This document shows, one piece after another, positions 27,746 through 32,000 of a DNA stretch of 32,000 nt. Numbering within the stretch: the first letter of the stretch is position 1; each line of letters opens with the position of its first letter. The notes beneath the pieces were generated by a model, which had not been told where the DNA came from, made no database searches, and saw nothing but the letters and a program-made list of their open reading frames with translations. Made by a program: the position numbers and the translations under genes. The stretch is from positions 1,875,622-1,907,621 of the forward strand of contig CP113000.1 in assembly GCA_026625185.1 (NCBI GenBank), in the 5' to 3' direction. This stretch comes from Thermodesulfobacteriota bacterium (GTDB taxonomy: Bacteria; Desulfobacterota; WTBG01; JAGOGO01).

Positions 27746-29365
27746 ATGAGTTTAAGCAAAGCCAATGTAAGTCCAGCAACTCTTACCAGAAATCGGGTTA
27801 AGTGTTCCCCTGGATCTGGTATTTGTGTAACGTGCCTCGATGGTTGTCCGGGTCTCTGTGAAGTCGGTCGGTCCGCTATTCGGGGAAGAGAAAATCTTTA
27901 TCCTCAGCCTTTTGGACAAGTGACCGCAGGCTCTGAAAAGGACTATCCCAATGATTTTTCCTACTTCAATATCCAGGGCACCTGTGTTGGTGCTGTTGGT
28001 GTTGAGGCAGATTCTGATAAGGCTACTTTCCCGGCCGTAGATGTTACCACAGAATTTGGAGCTAAGCACAAAATAAAGTTGCGCTTTCCGGTTTTCACTG
28101 GTGCCGTGGGGTCAACGGAGATCGGCAGAATTCACTGGGAGGGTATGGCTATTGGAGCAGCTATATCAGGAATTTTGGTTGTAGCTGGTGAGAATATATG
28201 TGGGATGGACATGGAAGCGCAATTTAAAAATGGCAAGGTAGTCCGCTCACCAGAAATGGAACGACGGGTTAAAACTTTTCAGAAATGGTATGAAGGATAT
28301 GGGGGAATTATAGTTCAGGCTAATGTGGAAGACACCCGTCTCGGAGTGCCGGAATATGTAATTGAAAAACTTGGGGTAGAAATTTTTGAATTAAAATGGG
28401 GACAAGGAGCGAAAGATATCGGGGGAGAAGTAAAAATTCCCGACCTCAAAAAAGCGCTTGAATTAAAAAAGCGAAATTATATTGTGCTGCCTGATCCAGC
28501 TGATCCGGTTATTCAAAAGGCTTTTAATAATGGAGCGTTTAACGAATTTGAGCGCCACTCCCGTCTGGGTATGGTGGAAGAAGAGGGTTTTTATAAAACA
28601 GTAGACCACCTTCGGAAGGTTGGTGCAAAATATGTTACTTTAAAAACCGGAGCCTATCGTCCCGCTGATCTTGCCCGAGCAGTAAAATTTGCTTCCGAGG
28701 CAAGAATTGATCTCTTAACAATAGATGGTGCTGGTGGAGGCACGGGTATGAGCCCATGGCGGATGATGAATGAGTGGGGGGTACCGACGGTCCAACTGGA
28801 ATGCCTTCTGTATGATTATCTCAAACGGCTGGATGCGAAAGGAAAATTTATTCCGGATTGTGCTATTGCCGGGGGACTTTCTTTAGAGGACCACATTTTT
28901 AAAGCCGTAGCACTTGGCTCACCCTATGTTAAAGCTGTTTGCATGGGGCGTTCAGTTATGACGGCCGCCATGGTTGGTAACACCCAGGTTAATTTGTTGA
29001 AAAAGAAGATGGAAAAGGATATCGAAAAAGATGGTGAAATAACGCACCACTTTGATGAAGTAAGCCATTTAGTAAAAAAGGGTGATTGGGTTAATCTTGA
29101 AGATATTTTTATAACATCACCAAAGTTGAAGGAAAAATATGGCAAGGACTTTAAGCTGATTCCCCCGGGTGCCATAGGGGTTTATACTTATATTGACCGC
29201 CTAACACAAGGTCTGCAGCAGCTCATGGCGGGCACCCGTAAATTCGCCCTTCGCTATATTACCCGGGAAGACATTTGTGCCTTGACAAGAGAGGCGGCTG
29301 AAATGTCGGGTATTACGTATGTTATGGATGCTGACCGAGAAGAAGTTGACAAAATATTGGGATAA
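27746..29365 (+). CDS. Glutamate synthase-related FMN-binding protein (GltB central-domain family) with an N-terminal Cys cluster
   Basis: SD AGGAGG. Cys-rich start CSPGSGICVTCLDGCPGLCEVG. FMN-domain signatures LKWGQGAKDIGGE, LLTIDGAGGGTGMSP, IAGGLSLEDHIFKAVALGS. No amidotransferase or GXGXG domain is encoded nearby. Confidence 0.85.
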   Translation: MSLSKANVSPATLTRNRVKCSPGSGICVTCLDGCPGLCEVGRSAIRGRENLYPQPFGQVTAGSEKDYPNDFSYFNIQGTCVGAVGVEADSDKATFPAVDVTTEFGAKHKIKLRFPVFTGAVGSTEIGRIHWEGMAIGAAISGILVVAGENICGMDMEAQFKNGKVVRSPEMERRVKTFQKWYEGYGGIIVQANVEDTRLGVPEYVIEKLGVEIFELKWGQGAKDIGGEVKIPDLKKALELKKRNYIVLPDPADPVIQKAFNNGAFNEFERHSRLGMVEEEGFYKTVDHLRKVGAKYVTLKTGAYRPADLARAVKFASEARIDLLTIDGAGGGTGMSPWRMMNEWGVPTVQLECLLYDYLKRLDAKGKFIPDCAIAGGLSLEDHIFKAVALGSPYVKAVCMGRSVMTAAMVGNTQVNLLKKKMEKDIEKDGEITHHFDEVSHLVKKGDWVNLEDIFITSPKLKEKYGKDFKLIPPGAIGVYTYIDRLTQGLQQLMAGTRKFALRYITREDICALTREAAEMSGITYVMDADREEVDKILG

Positions 29366-29482
29366 ACAATATAATGCACCTGATCCATACAGATTGAATC
29401 TGGATAAAGGGTTAAAGAAGCTGTGGATAGAGGAGTGTGAAGGACTAAAAATTTTAAATCATCAACCCTCAAGGAGGTATGT

Positions 29483-30730
29483 ATGACAAATAGTAATCCA
29501 TTTGCAATGGCACAGCAGCAGTTGGATATGGCTGCGAAAAAACTAGGACTTGAGCCGGCAATTCATGAATTTCTGCGATGGCCCATGAAGGAACTAACTG
29601 TATCACTCCCCGTAAAAATGGATGATGGTTCCACGAAAATATTTCATGGTTTCCGAATTCAGTACAATACTGCTCGCGGACCAGCAAAAGGAGGTATTCG
29701 ATGGCATCCCGCAGAAACAATTGATACTGTCCGTGCCTTAGCCGCCTGGATGACTTGGAAAACATCCGTGGTGGATCTTCCCCTGGGAGGTGGAAAAGGA
29801 GGAATTCCGTGTAACCCGAAAGAGTTGTCTGAGGGTGAAAAAGAGAGGCTTTCGAGAGCATATATCCGTGCCATTTGGGAGACTATTGGGGTAAGGCAGG
29901 ATGTTCCTGCTCCTGATGTTTACACCACGCCGCAAATTATGGCTTGGATGATGGATGAATACGAAACAATTGTTGGCGAGCGGCATCCTGGGGTTATCAC
30001 GGGTAAACCTTTAGCCGTCGGGGGGTCAGCCGGCCGTACTGACGCAACGTCGAGAGGTGGCGTCTATGTGGTGCGTGAAGCAGCCAAGACATTGAATATC
30101 GATCTTAAAGGTGGGACCATGGCGGTCCAGGGTTTTGGAAATGCGGGTCAATATGCGGCACTTCTTGGCCAGGAAATACTTGGTCTTAAACTAATCGCTG
30201 CTTCTGACTCCAAAGGTGGGGTTTATTGTGAAAAAGGTATTGATCCTGAAGCGTTGGTTAAATACAAACTACAAACCGATACCCTTCAGGGGTTTCCCGG
30301 CACCGATCCGATCAGTAACGATGACCTTTTAGAGCTTGAGGTAACCGTTCTTTTCCCATCAGCATTGGAACAAGTTATCACCGAAAAGAATGCTGACAAA
30401 GTCAAATGTAGAATAATGTGTGAGCTTGCCAATGGCCCTACTACCCCTGAGGCAGACGATATTCTTTATCAGAATAATGTATTTGTGCTCCCTGATTTTT
30501 TGGCCAATGCGGGGGGCGTTACTGTTTCCTATTTCGAACAGGTTCAAGGGGCATACAATTTCTTTTGGGACTTAAAAGAAATTCACTGGCGTCTCGACCA
30601 GAAGATGACTAATGCCTTCGAAAGTGTTTATGCGATGAGCCAACGGGAAAAAATCAACATGCGCCAAGCTGCATACCTTGTTTCGGTTGCCAGAGTTGCT
30701 GAAGCATGCCGGTTGCGGGGTTGGGTGTAA
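29483..30730 (+). CDS. gdhA: Glutamate dehydrogenase (Glu/Leu/Phe/Val dehydrogenase family)
   Basis: SD AAGGAGG. Catalytic-Lys region [12 protein letters not shown]. Rossmann segment [16 protein letters not shown]-terminal [15 protein letters not shown]. 415 aa. Confidence 0.92.
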   Translation: MTNSNPFAMAQQQLDMAAKKLGLEPAIHEFLRWPMKELTVSLPVKMDDGSTKIFHGFRIQYNTARGPAKGGIRWHPAETIDTVRALAAWMTWKTSVVDLPLGGGKGGIPCNPKELSEGEKERLSRAYIRAIWETIGVRQDVPAPDVYTTPQIMAWMMDEYETIVGERHPGVITGKPLAVGGSAGRTDATSRGGVYVVREAAKTLNIDLKGGTMAVQGFGNAGQYAALLGQEILGLKLIAASDSKGGVYCEKGIDPEALVKYKLQTDTLQGFPGTDPISNDDLLELEVTVLFPSALEQVITEKNADKVKCRIMCELANGPTTPEADDILYQNNVFVLPDFLANAGGVTVSYFEQVQGAYNFFWDLKEIHWRLDQKMTNAFESVYAMSQREKINMRQAAYLVSVARVAEACRLRGWV

Positions 30731-30768
30731 CTTTTTGCTGGTTTGTGGAATAAAAAACTTTGTTTTTT

Positions 30769-30816
30769 ATGAGGGGAAGAAAGAAAACAGTATCTTTCTT
30801 CCCCTCATATTTTTTT
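30769..30816. terminator. Strong rho-independent terminator after gdh, potentially bidirectional
   Basis: Perfect 16-bp stem: ATGAGGGGAAGAAAGA (30769-30784) pairs with TCTTTCTTCCCCTCAT (30793-30808). 8-nt loop. Followed by ATTTTTTT on the plus strand and preceded by TTTTTT (30763-30768), which gives an A-run on the minus-strand transcript. Confidence 0.9.
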
Positions 30817-31112
30817 ATGGTGCGGGAGAAATTGAAGTGATTATCTTCAACGTTTATCTCACACTTTTCCCAACTAAATTGTTTAACATTTTCTTTTCCC
30901 CACGCTATAAGGCCATCCGGTACTGTCTGGTCGGAAATAATTTTATAAATTGCTTCCTCGATTTGCGTCGGATTGATGGGGTTGATGAACAAAGCGCCAT
31001 CACAGGCCACCTCCGGCATATTCGATACAAAAGAAGTGACCAACGGTAAGCCGCTGGTTTGTTCCTATAAAATGGGGACTCCAAAGCCTTCATAAAACCA
31101 TATCATTTTGCC
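30817..31112 (-). pseudogene. Remnant of a family-1 (GT4-like) glycosyltransferase: C-terminal quarter only, with an in-frame TAG
   Basis: Minus frame reads KMIWFYEGFGVPIL-stop(TAG, complement of 31065-31067)-EQTSGLPLVTSFVSNMPEVACDGALFINPINPTQIEEAIYKII...KQFSWEKC, the conserved GT1 C-terminal region. The N-terminal ~250 aa are absent (stop at 31113-31115). The listed ORF tail (30654-30816) runs through the gdh terminator and into gdh, so it is not credible. Confidence 0.65.
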
Positions 31113-31378
31113 TCAGGCAACAGCGTTAAATGTTTAATCAGCTGATAGGCATATTGTTTAACCCCGGTTCGGTTTTTTTTGCATTGCTGCCTCAGCATTT
31201 ATAGAAATTCTCCTTAAGTCATCGCATAAAAAGTTGGGAAGTTTAGGTTTAACATCATTGGTTGATTCAAAATACCAGAGACGACAGAGAAATAAAAGAT
31301 GATTTTTTTTGCGGAATATTCTACAATTTGGTAAAAAAAATGGTTAATACTACGATTAAGTATTTTTTGGAGAACGGC

Positions 31379-32000
31379 ATGAATGTCCCTACTAAAGAAC
31401 CAAAAGCGAAACGTGAACTGGAAGAGCTTTCTCTCCTGTTTGAAATCAGTCAGACTCTGGAAAAAAGCCTGGATCTGCGAGAGGTTGTCGGTCCTTTATT
31501 GAGAGCGATGGCAAGCAAGATGGGCATGATGCGGGGAACCCTTACTCTTCTTAACCGGGAAACCGGAGAAATCGCCATTGAGCAAGCCTATGGGCTTTCC
31601 GAAAGCCAGCGAGAGCGGGGAAAATACAAGCTGGGAGAAGGCATTACCGGAAAAGTAATACAAACCGGAAAACCCGCGGTCATTCCCCGGATTTCTGAAG
31701 AGCCTCTATTTTTAAACCGCACCGGGGCTCGGGAGGATTTGAAAAAACGGGATATCTCCTTTATCTGTGTGCCGATAAAGCTGGGGAAGGAAAGTATTGG
31801 TGCGTTAAGTGTTGACCGGTTATTTGGGGATACCGTCTCTTTGAAAGAAGACCTGCGTCTTCTTTCCATTATAAGTTCGATGATCGGCCAGGCGGTTCGT
31901 TTGCGTCAACAAATGAGAACGGAGCGAACCCAACTTTTAGAGGAAAATATTCATCTCAAGGAGCAACTTCAAGATCGGTTTCGCCCTGCGAATATTATCG
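31379..32000 (+). CDS. Sigma-54-dependent transcriptional activator with an N-terminal GAF domain (NifA-like layout); 3' end outside the window
   Basis: Not in the ORF track because no stop is reached. ATG 31379 follows GGAG (alternative ATG at 31340). The translation LSLLFEISQTLEKSLDLREVVGPLLRAMASKMGMMRGTLTLLNRETGEIAIEQAYGLS...FICVPIKLGKESIGALSVDR is GAF-like. It ends ...LQDRFRPANII, the usual entry into the AAA+ sigma-54 interaction domain. Confidence 0.85.
   Translation, partial: MNVPTKEPKAKRELEELSLLFEISQTLEKSLDLREVVGPLLRAMASKMGMMRGTLTLLNRETGEIAIEQAYGLSESQRERGKYKLGEGITGKVIQTGKPAVIPRISEEPLFLNRTGAREDLKKRDISFICVPIKLGKESIGALSVDRLFGDTVSLKEDLRLLSIISSMIGQAVRLRQQMRTERTQLLEENIHLKEQLQDRFRPANII

Noticed and set aside
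30654-31049. The 3' tail of ORF 30654-31043 (minus), which overlaps gdh by 77 bp, and the plus-strand ORF 30678-31049
   Set aside because: The minus ORF tail is read through a 16-bp-stem terminator and into the gdh coding region. Only the part upstream of the terminator shows GT1 homology. The plus ORF is antisense to that remnant and has no features.

Overview
Bacterial, Gram-negative-type chromosome segment (lipoboxes, Pal, TolC-family genes). By eye it is about 40% GC, except for a clearly GC-richer block (about 55%) at 1-2311. LEFT (1-13954): a dense efflux cluster. It holds the 3' end of an RND pump plus a NodT/OprM-type lipoprotein (GC-rich block), a frameshifted XRE-cupin regulator, a TolC-like gene plus a membrane-fusion protein, a complete TolC/MacA-like/ABC ATPase/FtsX-permease cassette, and then a lone RND pump. 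MIDDLE (13962-21442): a decayed type I restriction-modification remnant (an hsdS 5' part fused to an hsdM 3' part), mobB, a MarC-family membrane protein, clpB, a small lipoprotein built from a 21-bp GC-rich tandem repeat, pal, and a 1.13-kb AT-rich gap with no credible CDS. RIGHT (21443-32000): glyA, a HAD phosphatase, a large fusion protein (P-loop-less KaiC/RecA-like domain plus PEP/pyruvate-binding domain), and an archaeal-type NrpR-like regulator. The regulator is divergent from an FMN-only GltB-like gene plus gdh, and GGCAA/TTGCC palindromes lie between them. Then come a glycosyltransferase remnant and the 5' part of a GAF/sigma-54 activator. I saw no rRNA, tRNA, CRISPR array, transposase or integrase. 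The most interesting candidate is the NrpR-like nitrogen-regulatory module and the uncharacterised fusion protein encoded just downstream of it. All family assignments come from reading the translations against remembered motifs; no searches were run.
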